DNA of 64,000 nucleotides from contig OX597837.1 of the NCBI GenBank assembly GCA_951406725.2, positions 10,354,001 to 10,418,000 of the forward strand. The letters run 5' to 3'. The notes beneath the pieces were generated by a model, which saw only the letters and a list, made by a program, of their open reading frames with translations, ran no database searches and was not told the origin of the DNA. Shown here piece after piece: positions 1-12,439 of the stretch. The translations under genes were made by a program, and so were the position numbers. The stretch comes from Octopus vulgaris. Lineage: Eukaryota. Each line of letters begins with the position of its first letter. The stretch's first letter is position 1.

Positions 1-29
1 CACTTATCTCTCTCTCATATATATATATA

Positions 30-441
30 GGCGTAGGAGTGGCTGTGTGGTAAGTAGCTTGCTTACCAACCACACGGTTCCGGGTTCAGACCCACTGTGT
101 GACACCTTGAGCAAGTGTCTTCTACTATAGCCTCGGACCGACCAGAGCCATGTGAGTGGATTTGGTAGACGGAAACTGAAAGAAGCCCGTCCGTCGTATA
201 TATGTCTATATATGTGTATATGTGTATATCTTTATGTGTCTGTGTTTGCGCCAGCCCACATCGCTTCACAACTGATGCTGGCGTGTTTACGTCCCCGTAA
301 CTTAGCGGTTCGGCAAAAGAGACAGATAGAATAAGTACTAGGCTTAAAAAGAATAAGTCCTGAGGTTGATTTGCTCGACCAAAGGTGGTACTCCAGCATG
401 GCCACAGTCAAATGACTGAAACGGGGAAAACAGTAAAGAGT
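30..441 (+). mobile_element. tRNA-derived SINE family A, near full length
   Basis: Pol III A/B-box-like head (GTGGCTGTGTGG...GGTTCAGACCC), CORE-like GACACCTTGAGCAAGTG, internal (TA/TG)n linker and 3' CTCCAGCATGGCC-CAGTCAAATGACTGAAAC tail; about 20 or more full or partial copies in the window. Confidence 0.9.
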
Positions 442-512
442 GTATGTATATATATATATATATATATATGAGTGTGTGCGTGTGTGTGTGTGTGCGCGCG
501 CGCGCTCATATT

Positions 513-780
513 AGGCGCGTGAGTGGCTAATGTGGTAAGAATCTTGCTTCTCAACTAGATGTTTGGAGGGCTCAATCCCACTGCGTGGCACCGTGCGCAA
601 TTTTCTTCTACTATAGCACCGGGCCGTCCAAGGCCTTTTGAGTGGATTTGGTAGACAGAAACCGAAAGAAGAATTCGATGGACGGAAAACCGAAGCGCAC
701 TCATCTGTCTGTATTTTTCCCCTCCTCCCACCGCTCGACCAGCGGTGTTGGTGCATTTACGTCCTCGTAACTTAGATTTC
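513..780 (+). mobile_element. SINE family A, diverged partial copy
   Basis: Head and GTGGATTTGGTAGACAGAAACCGAAAGAAG block recognisable. Confidence 0.75.
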
Positions 781-1536
781 TGTTTTGCTGAAGCGCTAAC
801 TGTTTCATACCAATACATGTATGTAAAGTAAAATTCAGGGGCCCTTAAAATACCATTGTTCATCCCGAATTTACTACTTTGCTGCAGGGACCCACAAAGT
901 CTTATATGGCCTCAGTGGCCATATGGACCCCGGTTGACAAACACGGAGAGGCCCCTCGGATAAAAACGGATAATTTAATATAAAATTCGTTTTCAAATTT
1001 TGCTTTCATTTGAATATTTAATGCATGCTGAGCGGGATGAAACTCGAACCCCAAGCAACAGGCACCCGACTCGACCCTTAATGCCTGAGATCTTGGGCAA
1101 TGTACTCTACAATAGCCCTGGGGGCGAGAATTACCTTCGAGCGGACGAAAACTGAGCAGAAATCATCACACGATGACAACACAACCGCTATTCTGTTGAC
1201 GTTTATTCAGGCAGAAAGATGCACTCCATGCAACGATTTTCTCATAGCAACACTCAGACGTCTTTTTTCCTTCAACAGAATTTGAGTTTCGTGGAATTTC
1301 TTCCTATTCTGGACAATATTTCCCAAAGCTATTTTGGATATGGCACGAATTGCCTCCAGGTTTTATTCATTGCCCCCCCCCCCACACACACACACACACA
1401 CACATACGCTTTCACGAGGATGACCTAATTTCCAATATATTAAGAATTTATTTCGTATAGCTTTTCAGATATCTTCGTCCGACTCTAACGTACATAATTG
1501 ATGCCACTGGCCAATCTGAGTTATTTCCCTTAACTA

Positions 1537-1589
<53 letters not shown>

Positions 1590-2025
1590 CACGCAATTTT
1601 GTCAGTGAACAGGTCGCGGTTTCAAAGCGACGAAAATATTTTGACAAAATAAATTTAAATGCTGCGGTTATTCTAATGTATTTTGTGTAAATTTTAAATT
1701 GCTTTATAAACACCTTCCACGCTGCAATCGTTTTTTTTTTTTTTTATTTCGGCACACGCTTTTAGATCAGGTCACATCCTATGCAAGGACATCTTTGTTA
1801 TATATATAACACTCACATACGGAACACACGTGCTACATATGATACTGTGACTTAGCATTTCGGCAAAAGGTTTCCGATGGATTAATTACGGCTGCATAGA
1901 AAAGGACTGAGGCAGACTTAGTGGTCAAATACAGGTCGGTCGCAGTCCCTTAACTAGTAGAAGTTATTGCATTAGTGCAGATAAACTACATTTTATACAT
2001 ACATAATGTACGTATCTATTTATTT

Positions 2026-2026
<1 letters not shown>

Positions 2027-2103
<77 letters not shown>

Positions 2104-2178
2104 GATAGATAGATAGATAGATAGATAGATGATGGATAGATAGATAGATAGATAGATAGACGGATGGATTAGATAGAT
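2027..2178. repeat. (GATA)n microsatellite
   Basis: Seen directly. Confidence 0.95.
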
Positions 2179-2652
2179 CAGTGAATGCTCTTAGGTCGAC
2201 ACAGATATAACCCCTAAGTACCCTATCTTCTCGAAATATTTCGCCAGAGGCTCTCAGACCAAACCACTTGATTCGATTCTCAGCGGTTGACCTACTCCGA
2301 CTAAATTAAGTAGATCACGTGGTATAAACTTTAATCACATAGATTAACTTCATTAACATGTTGGAAATGTAATTTCTATAGGGCAAGAGGCAGAAATTCC
2401 AAGGGAGGAGACCGGGAGGCTGCAATCGATGTAATTGACCTAAATATGCAAAGATATTCGCATTTCGTTAAGATCGGAACCTGGAACGCCAAGACATAAA
2501 AGCCCAGTTTTTTTTTTTGTTTTTGTTCTTTGGGTACCATATTTTACCGAATAATTGCATTGGACGTAACTCACACCACAGCTACCGCTCTACTTTCAAC
2601 GTGGCAAAGACATGCATATACATACACACTCGCGCATATATATATATATATT

Positions 2653-2865
2653 CTCTTTACTCTTTTGTTTCAGTTCATTTGACTGCGGCCATGCTGGAGC
2701 ACCGCCTTTAATCGAGCAACTCGACCCCGGGACTTATTCTTTTGTAAGCCCAGTACTTATTCTATCGGTCACTTTTGCCAAACCGCAAGGTAACGGGGAC
2801 ATAAACACACCAGCATCGGTTGTCAAGCAATGCTAGGGGGACAAACAGACACACAAACACACACA

Positions 2866-2925
<60 letters not shown>

Positions 2926-3095
2926 TATATACGACGGGCTTCTTCCAGTTTCCGTCTACCAAATCCACTCACAAGGCTTTGGTCGGCCCGAGGCTATAGT
3001 AGAAGACACTTGCCCAAGGTGCCACGCAGTGGGACTGAACCCGGAACCATGTGGTTGGTAAACAAGCTACTTACCACACAGCCACTCCCGCGCCT
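2653..3095 (-). mobile_element. SINE family A, full length
   Basis: Reverse complement of the 30-441 family sequence. Confidence 0.9.
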
Positions 3096-3329
3096 ACACA
3101 CACACACACACACATATATACCACCGCAGAGTTGCACACATACAGATACACGCACATATGGTCACACACGCCCATACACAACATGGACGCCTATTTTTAT
3201 GACCAGCTGTTATCAATCACCCATTGTTATCAAAATTTGCGGACCCCAATCAATATATATTTCTATAGAAATATCAGCTGAGAGCCATTGTTATAAAGAC
3301 GTTATATCTATTAGTGATCACAATAAACG

Positions 3330-3547
3330 GCTTCCACAATGTATACAGACGAATATATATACATTATACACGCACACACACACGAAACACATGCATATGC
3401 ACACACCCACATGTATATACATGTTTCTGTATCTACATACAGAAATACATGTATAACCATTCATATATATATATATATGAATGGTTATACATACACACAT
3501 ACATATAAATGGTTATACATACATACACACACACATATATATATATA

Positions 3548-3578
<31 letters not shown>

Positions 3579-4218
3579 AATGGTTATACATACATACATA
3601 CATATATATATTTATATATATAGCTTCTATACATACATCAACAAACATATACATACAAACATATATATCTATATACATTCATATATCCATATATAAACAT
3701 GGGAATACACATACACTAATGACATAAGTATTATACACACATACATACATATATATATATATATATGCACACAGAGAACCATCTATATACACACTATATA
3801 TTTATACACAAAACACACACACACACAGATATATATTCATATGGCCATATACACACCGTTATCCATATACACACGTATATACGCACAAATATACACCTCT
3901 ACATAATAATGCATGTGTATAGTAAGTTGCGGCCATACAATAGCATTAAGTTTTCTCCAAAGACGCCCCACCCCACCGAAATCGATCGATCAAGTTACGT
4001 TTTTTCCCTGAATAAAATCTAGGAAGAAGGTGCGGGGGGAGGGGGGCAGGAGGGAACCGGAAGAATAAAGTACTCTCACGTGAGCTTTTTCTAATAACTC
4101 CCTAAACGAAATTCTATACCCTGAACACACACACACACACACACACACAAGGACGCATGTTCGCAATACCCAGTTTAAAGATATTTTCTATATATATATA
4201 TATCAATGCTTATATATG

Positions 4219-4254
<36 letters not shown>

Positions 4255-4267
4255 TACACATATACAT

Positions 4268-4302
<35 letters not shown>

Positions 4303-4711
4303 TACATAGAGTACCGGCCGCATTTACTCTAAACCTTGTTTTCTACACACGCGAACACGTTATACACACATACATGTGTGTGTGTATATATATACACACA
4401 CACACATATATACATATATAAACACACACATATATACATATATATACACACATATATACATATATATATATACATATATATACACATATATACATATATA
4501 TATATACATATATATATACATATATATACACATATATATATACATATATATACACATATATACATATATATATATACATATATATATATACACACACACA
4601 TACATATACATACATATAAACACACACACACATATACATACATACATATAAACACACACACATATACATACATATAAACACACACATATATATACATATA
4701 AACACACACAC

Positions 4712-4745
<34 letters not shown>

Positions 4746-4746
4746 A

Positions 4747-4788
<42 letters not shown>

Positions 4789-4850
4789 CACACACCGACA
4801 CATATATATATTCATACACACGCACACACACACATATTAAAATACACACA
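3330..4850. repeat. Compound (TA)n/(CA)n/(TACA)n low-complexity tracts with a unique island at about 3920-4120
   Basis: Seen directly. Confidence 0.9.
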
Positions 4851-5354
4851 TATCATTATCAAAAAAGAAAAAGCAACACGGCGTTAATGAAATAAAACAA
4901 AAAAATAAATAACTATAAAGAAAGCAAAACAAAAATTGAAAGAAAAAAAAAAGAAAAGAAAACAATGAGGTTTTGAAAGAAAACAAGAGGTTGAACGTCC
5001 GTATACCGGTTTCCGATAGAGGGAGCTGGCTACTGTGGCAATGACGTTATATAGAGCAGAAAACACCGCAATGTCATGTGCTCAATAAAGCCTCACACAT
5101 TTCTCATCTCTCCATTCTCCCCATCCAGAAAACCACTGGCTCTGGCTCTCAAACACACACACACACACATTATATATGTATGTATGTATATGTGTGTGTG
5201 TATATATATAGTTTGTGTGAGTTGTGACAGAGAGAGAGAGAGAGAGAGAGAGAGTTAGAAACTTAGAGAAACTACAATAAAGTGTAATGAAAGTCTATTC
5301 TTACTAGGCACACCCCTCACCACCATTGTTTATTATAAACAGACAGGCAGTCGG

Positions 5355-5456
5355 ATGGATAGATAGATAGATAGATTGATATATATATAGAAAGAGAGAT
5401 AGATATATGGATAGATAGATCTAGATAGATAGATAGAGAGGCGGGGGAGTGTGATC

Positions 5457-5496
<40 letters not shown>

Positions 5497-5575
5497 CAAG
5501 ATAGATCTAGATAGATAGAGAGAGAAAGAGGGAGGGTGATCTAGATAGATGGATAGATAGACAGATGGATCTATA
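5355..5575. repeat. Degenerate (GATA)n array
   Basis: Seen directly. Confidence 0.9.
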
Positions 5576-5723
5576 TACATACCCCTACATATACACATAT
5601 ATACACACGCAAATAGCTCTACATCTGTGAATGCTCATACACTTTACACATATGTATATCAGTATATATATATATATAAATATATATACACATCCACATC
5701 TGTATGTATATATACATCCATAC

Positions 5724-5757
<34 letters not shown>

Positions 5758-5851
5758 TTGTACACATACATACATGTTCTATATACTTGCGCGCGCGAAC
5801 ACACACATATATATTATATACACGTATGTATAATTACATATACGTGACTGT

Positions 5852-5906
<55 letters not shown>

Positions 5907-6159
5907 TCTAGTTAGATATGTAAAAATATAAATACAAATTTATGAAATATCTATACATGAATATTGAAACGCATCATACGAATAAATACAATGGTATATA
6001 CATATATACACGCGTGCGTATGTAAGTGTATAGAAACGGATGTAAATTCAACTTTATTCCTCTCTCTAACACCATGTGTGTGTGTGTGTGTGTGTGTGTT
6101 TGTGTGTGTGTGTTTGTGTGTTTATGTCGCTTGCCTTCTGACCCTAGCAAAAAGCCGGT

Positions 6160-6204
6160 GTATCCATGGCAACTGCTATGTGAAAATCACGTGAAGCATG
6201 TGAC
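6160..6204. promoter_or_regulatory. Candidate cis-element: RFX X-box plus two E-boxes
   Basis: GTATCCATGGCAAC (6160-6173) fits the X-box consensus GTHNYY-AT-RRNAAC; ATCACGTGA at 6186-6194 and CATGTGAC at 6197-6204, in a unique island between microsatellites. Confidence 0.4.
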
Positions 6205-6319
6205 CGCAGAGGAGTGTATGTATACACCGCACAGAACTGTATGTGTGTGCGTATGTATGTGTGAATATGTGTGCGCGCACATCAAAATTTTCTGACGAGG
6301 AGATGTATGTACAGTGTAT

Positions 6320-6352
<33 letters not shown>

Positions 6353-6607
6353 CACTCAGACACACGAACAAACAAGCATAAAGAGGATAATATCCATGCG
6401 TACAATTGCAGATATATATATAGTGTTCTGTATATGTATGCATGTGTGCATATACAGGCTCGTTAGATGCACACATACATACGTGTATACATAGATCCAC
6501 ACACACACACACACGCACGCATATATAAACCAACACATTCATACGTGTATACATACATAGATACATATGTGTCTGTATATACATCTTTATACATACACGC
6601 ACTTGTA

Positions 6608-6650
<43 letters not shown>

Positions 6651-6694
6651 AGATAGACAGACAGACAGACAGAATCAGTGACTATGATTGTATG

Positions 6695-6733
<39 letters not shown>

Positions 6734-7075
6734 CTATATCGCTAACGAAAACTATGAAAACGTATATAAAAGGATGGTGCATACATTCCTGCTAATTTGA
6801 GCGTATATAAATATACTTATACACACGAGTATGTGTGTATAATAAATATATACGCACTTACATAGGCTTGAGTAAGTTATAATAAGCGAAGGGTAATTAG
6901 AAACAGGAAGGACAATGAGAGAGAGAGAGAGAGAGAGTAAGAGAGAGAGAGAGGAGTAAGAGAGCATGTGTGTGTGTATGTGTGTATGAGGACGTGGATC
7001 TATGAATGAGGAAGACAAGTGGGTTAGCGTAATGTTTCTGTGAATGAGAAAGGAAGAGGGGGGTCACGTTCTGTG

Positions 7076-7124
<49 letters not shown>

Positions 7125-7299
7125 AGGAATAGTTGAGGAGGAAGTTCTTAATTAGCAAGAAGAAGAAGAACAATGAGAACGATGAAGGAGAGAGACTGCG
7201 TTGAAAATTGGGGAATTGGGCCACGGGGATGAAAATGGCTCCGGGGAGCGGAACATGAGCCGTGTGGGGGTGTGCAAATTTGTGGGGTTTTTTTTTTTT

Positions 7300-8140
7300 T
7301 GGCGTGCGGCAAATTGTGCTGTGGGGATGAAACTGGGTCGTGGGAATAGAAAACGACTCCGTAGAGTGGAAACTGGAATGGTGGAGATGAAACTGGGTCG
7401 TGTGCGTGGAAACTGGGCTATGGAAATTAAAGTGGGTCGGAGAATGGGAAAGTTGGTTTCTAGGTGGAAATTGGGTCGTGGACATGAAACTGGATGGGGA
7501 ACAACTCCGTGGAGCGGAATCTGGACGGTGGAGTTGAAACCGGGTCGTGTGCGTGGAAAGTGGGTCGGAGAGTGGGAAAGTTGGTTTGGAGGTGGAAATT
7601 GGGTCGTGGACATGAAACTGGGTCGGGGTGGGATGGGGAACACCTCCGTGGAGGGGAAACCGGACGGTGGTGATGAAACTGGGTCGTGTGCGTGGAAACT
7701 GGGCTATGGAAATTAAAGTGGGTCGGAAAGTGGGAAAGTTGGTTTCGAGGTGGAAACTGGGTCGTGAACATGAAACTGGGTCGGAGAGTGGAAAGTAGGT
7801 GTTGGGGGTACAAACTGTGTTCGCATGTGGAGATTGCGTTGTGGGGAAGAAACTAGGTCGTGAGAACGGAAGTGGTTCGAGGACTGGGCGTTGGAGATGA
7901 AACTGGGTCATGTGGGTAGAAAGTGGACCATCGAAATGAAAATGGGTCGGTGTGGTGGGCTGTAGAGTGGAAACAAGACCGGCATTGGGGAGGTTGTGTC
8001 ATCAACATGAAACTAGGCCGCGGAAACGAAAATTGGTCAAAGAGTGGAAAGCGGGCCGCAGGATGGAATTTGTGTCCCCGGGTAAAATTAGGACGTGGGG
8101 GTGGGGCGAAAACAGAAACTGTCTCGCGAAACTGGGCCTC
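7300..8140 (+). repeat. G-rich ~20-bp minisatellite (consensus about GAAACTGGGTCGTGGAGAT) with a ~140-150 bp higher-order repeat x3
   Basis: GAAA[CG]TGG motif recurs about every 19-20 bp; blocks starting CTCCGT at 7357, 7506 and 7644 align monomer by monomer. Confidence 0.85.
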
Positions 8141-8319
8141 ACTCAAGGAATTATCTAAGTCCACAAAGCAAAATAATGGTGAAGGCGTGGTCACTTCGAT
8201 AGCTGACCCTCAAATCACAACGTACTTTATTTAAAAAAAGGAAAATAGAAGATAAAAAGAGAAAGAAGAATACAAAGTGGATAGCACAACTCTTAGAAAT
8301 ATATTACCACTGAAAATAT

Positions 8320-8540
8320 TTTTTCAAATTTTGGCATAAGGCCAGCAATTTCGGGAAAGGGACAAGATGATTACATCGACCCCATTATTCAGCTGGTACT
8401 TATGGTATCGATCCCAACAGAAAGATGAAGGCCAAAGTCGACCCTGGCGGATTTTGAACTTGGATCGTAAAGTGAAGGAAAATCGGCGAAGCACTTTTTC
8501 CCCGACGCGTTGACGACTCTACCAAGTTCGTTGCTTCACT
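8320..8540 (-). mobile_element. SINE family B, diverged copy
   Basis: Reverse complement of the GTTCAAA-TCCGCC-AGGTCGACTTTG-CCTT-CATC core. Confidence 0.7.
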
Positions 8541-8749
8541 TAAAATGTTAAGACGACATGCACTCGCCCCTCACACACACACACACACATAAACACGAGA
8601 TGACAGGGTGCTTTCCACACCCTCAATCGATCAAAAGTGACCCTAGGGTAATGCAGTAGCCTCACCTGACAGGGAAAGCAGTGAAATGCGTCTCTCCGAA
8701 AACATGGGAGGGACTTTCACCTAAAAGCCAATAATAATAATAATAATAA

Positions 8750-8945
8750 TAATAATAATTAATTAATCATTTTATTGGCCACAAGGGCTGACAAAAATCA
8801 ATTAAAACATAAAGGGACAAAACAGGACGAAAGGTTACAAAGGGTTTTGTCCGCTTGTGAAAAATCCGAGTAAAAAGAGTTTAACAACGAAATATTATAA
8901 CAATGAAAATCTCCCCAAAAGGGGGAAGCGTTACGAAAGGTTCCT
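8750..8945 (-). mobile_element. LINE-like 3' UTR fragment (same family as 49300-49575)
   Basis: On the minus strand ends GTCAGCCCTTGTGGCCAATAAAA plus (ATT)n; aligns by eye to 49380-49575. Confidence 0.6.
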
Positions 8946-9335
8946 GGTGTAATAATAATAATAAGCCTTTCTGCTATAGGCACAAAGCCTGAAATTATTG
9001 GGGAGGTGGCTAGTCGGCTACATCGACCCCAGTGTATCACTGGTACTTATTTGCGAAAGGCTGGAAGGGAAAGTTGATAATTTTCAAGGAGAGTCACTGC
9101 CACACAAGGGGTTCTATTTCACTATAGTCTTCCGTAAAAATATGTGAAGATTTGCACAATTATCTCCTTGCTTGCAGAAGGCAAGGATCGGCGGCAGGAA
9201 GAGCATCCGCCCAAACAATAATTCGCGCGTGTGTATATGATATGTGCCGATGCGACAGAGAAAAACGAAAGATGTCCCCTTTCTATCTTCTCACACGACC
9301 AAATCAAACTACAACGAATTTCGATCAAGAGAGTG

Positions 9336-10025
9336 GGATCTTTCCGGTTTGACCGGCAGTTTTTTTAAATAATTTCCACGTAACTAAACATTTTTAAACT
9401 TCGTATACTGGGAGAATGCGTTTATAAAACATCTTTTTCTCTTGGCTTTATCGAGAAAATTCTATAGTTTGTAAGATATTTGTTGTTGTTTTTTCTCCTT
9501 CAGTTCTGCAATTTCAACCAATTAATGACGTCTATTGAGGTGAAAACATTCTGTGCCGTATGAATATGTCCCTCGTTTAAGAAACAGATTGGGTTTATTT
9601 ACATTTGTGAAGAAAACAGATACCCTTCCCCCACCCCTAACTCTAACCCTAATCCTAAAACAGTTTTTAACATAATTTCTAGATAACTAAAAAATTTTAA
9701 ACTTCGTATACTGGTAGAATGTGTTTATAAAACATCTTTTTCTCTTGGCTTTATTGAGAAAATTCTATACTTTGTAAGATATTTGTTGTTTTTTTCCTTC
9801 AATTTCTGTAATTTCTGCAATTTCAACCAATCAATGACATCCATTCAGGTAAAAAAAAAAACATTCTGTGCCGTATGAATGTGTCCTCGTTTAAGAAACA
9901 GATTAGGTTTATTTACAACCCTAACTCAGATTGAAATGCAATAGATCGATACTAGGGTCATAATTATGGGTGACAATTTCATATGACACCGCTAGAAAAA
10001 ACTGCCGTTCAAACCGAAAAGATCC
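9336..10025. mobile_element. MITE family M1 (TIR GGATCTTTTCGGTTTGAACGGCAGTTTTT), composite with internal ~290-bp duplication
   Basis: TIRs at both ends; flanks AGAGAGTG and AGAAAGTG (7/8 TSD match); internal CCCTAA-like repeats. Confidence 0.85.
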
Positions 10026-10052
10026 AGAAAGTGAATTTCAAAAATAAGACAT

Positions 10053-10125
10053 GTCCAAAGTAGGGGTCGAAACAGGGGTCATCAGCTGATGAATGCAAAG
10101 CTCTAACAAGCTGAGCTATACTGGC
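10053..10125 (-). pseudogene. tRNA-Met(CAT)-like relic or SINE head
   Basis: Minus strand GCCAGTATAGCTCAGCTTGTTAGAGC...TTCATCA...GTTTCGACCCCTACT has A and B boxes and CAT at the anticodon position, but anticodon and acceptor stems are broken. Confidence 0.55.
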
Positions 10126-10376
10126 CAATAAATGGCGCCAGAATTTACATAAAGAAATGTAAATAGTTTTGAAAAAAAGAAAAAGGAAAAACATAATTAT
10201 AAAGACTAAATAACAAATTTAGAAAATATCAAAAACAAACATATTCAAAAATATTTGCGATTTTTGTTTCTCGACAATTGTACACCTGCCTTTTACAAGA
10301 TCTTCAGAATGTCTTGTGAGTGAATTTGGTAATTTGCAACGGGTGGTGGTGATGGGGAGAGCATCGTGCGTGATGT

Positions 10377-10429
<53 letters not shown>

Positions 10430-10435
<6 letters not shown>

Positions 10436-10577
10436 CCGTTACTTAGCGGTTCGGCAAAAGAGACCGATAGTACTGGGCTTACAAAGAATAAGTCCCGGGG
10501 TCGAGTTGCACGATTAAAGGCGGTGCTCCAGCATTGCCGCAGTCAAGAGACTGAAACAAGTAAAAAAAAAAAAAAAA

Positions 10578-10618
<41 letters not shown>

Positions 10619-10762
10619 CACATACATACACACATACATACATAGAGGTGCAGGCATGGCTGTGTGGCAAAAAGTTTACTTCGAACCATATGGCTCCGGT
10701 TTCAGTCCCACTGCGTGGTACCGTGAGCAGGGGTCTTCTACTGTAACTTCAGGCCGGCCAAC
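10430..10762 (+). mobile_element. SINE family A fragments (3' part 10430-10570, head 10645-10762)
   Basis: Family A tail and head motifs. Confidence 0.75.
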
Positions 10763-10832
10763 GCACACACGTATATATATAATACACACACGTATATGTG
10801 TGTGTGTGTGTGTATGTATTATATATATATAT

Positions 10833-10866
<34 letters not shown>

Positions 10867-11009
10867 CATATATAATACATACACACACACACACGTTTGA
10901 TATATCGGTGAAAGCCGCCTATTATAATCACAGGTAATGTAATCTACCTGTAACTTTTTCTGAATACTGTCCCAAAATCTTCGCAACAAACAGCACCCCC
11001 CCCCCTACA

Positions 11010-11240
11010 CACGCGCCTGCATGCATCTGCGTGCACGTTCTTGTACGCGCGAGCGCGCGCAGGGCTTCGCGGGCGCGCGTTCGATAATCTGTAATTCATT
11101 TACTAATTAAGAAACCGATCTAAGACGATCGGAGGAGGGGGTGACGGGGGTGGCAGAGCAAAAACAATTAAAAAAATAAAATAAAAAATGGCATAAAAAA
11201 AGGCGAAGAATACGCGCATGCGCAAAACATTAAAGCCGGC
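11010..11240. promoter_or_regulatory. CpG-rich unique island with NRF1-type and homeodomain motifs
   Basis: Dense CGCG runs at 11045-11080, CTAATTAA near 11103, CGCGCATGCGCA at 11213-11224. Confidence 0.3.
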
Positions 11241-11712
11241 CTTGAAAGTGAAGAGTAGAGGGAGGTGCTTGGTTGGGGGGGATGGTGGGAGGAACAGAGG
11301 GATTCTCTCACGTGCCTCGACGCTTTCGATTGTGTTTACAATCTCCTGTTTAAATACTCACACACACATGCACATACGCACACACACACCAAACATGTAT
11401 ATGCACACACACACACACACATACATGTATATATGCACATACGCACACACACACACACACACACATGTATACATGCACATACGCACGCACATACACGTTT
11501 CCATTTGAATGTAGAGCAACGCATTCTACTTACACATCACCCCACAAACACACACACACACATATAAACACATAAACACATACCAGCGGCACGTGATTTG
11601 TGTGTGCGTGTGTGTCTATATATATATATGTGTGTGTGTGTGTACAGATATATTTATGTGCGAGTGTATGCGTGTGTGTGTGTGTGTGCGTACATGCACC
11701 TATCTATCTCTC

Positions 11713-11747
<35 letters not shown>

Positions 11748-11925
11748 ATCTGTGTGTGCGACTATATAGTTATGTGCGTGTGTGTCTAGATATATTTATA
11801 TGTGCGAGTGTATGCGTGTGTGTGTGTATCCATGCACCTATATATATATATGTATATGTGTGTGAGTATCTGTGTGTGTGCGTCTATATAGTTATGTGTG
11901 TGAGTGTGTGTGCGTGCGAGAGAGA

Positions 11926-11971
<46 letters not shown>

Positions 11972-12172
11972 GTGTGTGTGTGCAAACACACGCATACTCA
12001 CACAAGAAACTTGCAGAAACTAACAGAAGCACACAAAGAGATACACACACACACACAGTCATGTATATATACATATATATACGCTCGTATATTTAACAAG
12101 CAGACAACACGGATGTATGACTATGTAGTTATACACATTAGTGTGTGTAGGTATGTGTGTGTGTGTGTGTGC

Positions 12173-12253
<81 letters not shown>

Positions 12254-12439
12254 CACAGTACTGATGTAGTGGTCAGGAAACGCAAAAGGTTTGTCGAACT
12301 CGATATCATAGCCGGCCGGTAAACACCAGATGCATAGTTCGCGTACAACGAACGGTCAACCCCTTTCCGAATCCGGTGGATGGCCGACTTAAATATTGTT
12401 TCGTTGCCGTATTTTTTTTTCCGACTCATTACTCGCTGA

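Noticed and set aside
4206-4849. YI/CV/HT-repeat ORFs here and throughout the window
   Set aside because: Translations of dinucleotide microsatellites.
7024-7911. 295-aa minus-strand ORF and overlapping ORFs
   Set aside because: They lie in a ~20-bp minisatellite whose period is not a multiple of 3; several frames are open because of base skew, and no domain is recognisable.
7300-8140. CRISPR-like appearance of regularly spaced motifs
   Set aside because: No constant repeat with unique spacers, no cas genes, and a eukaryotic context.
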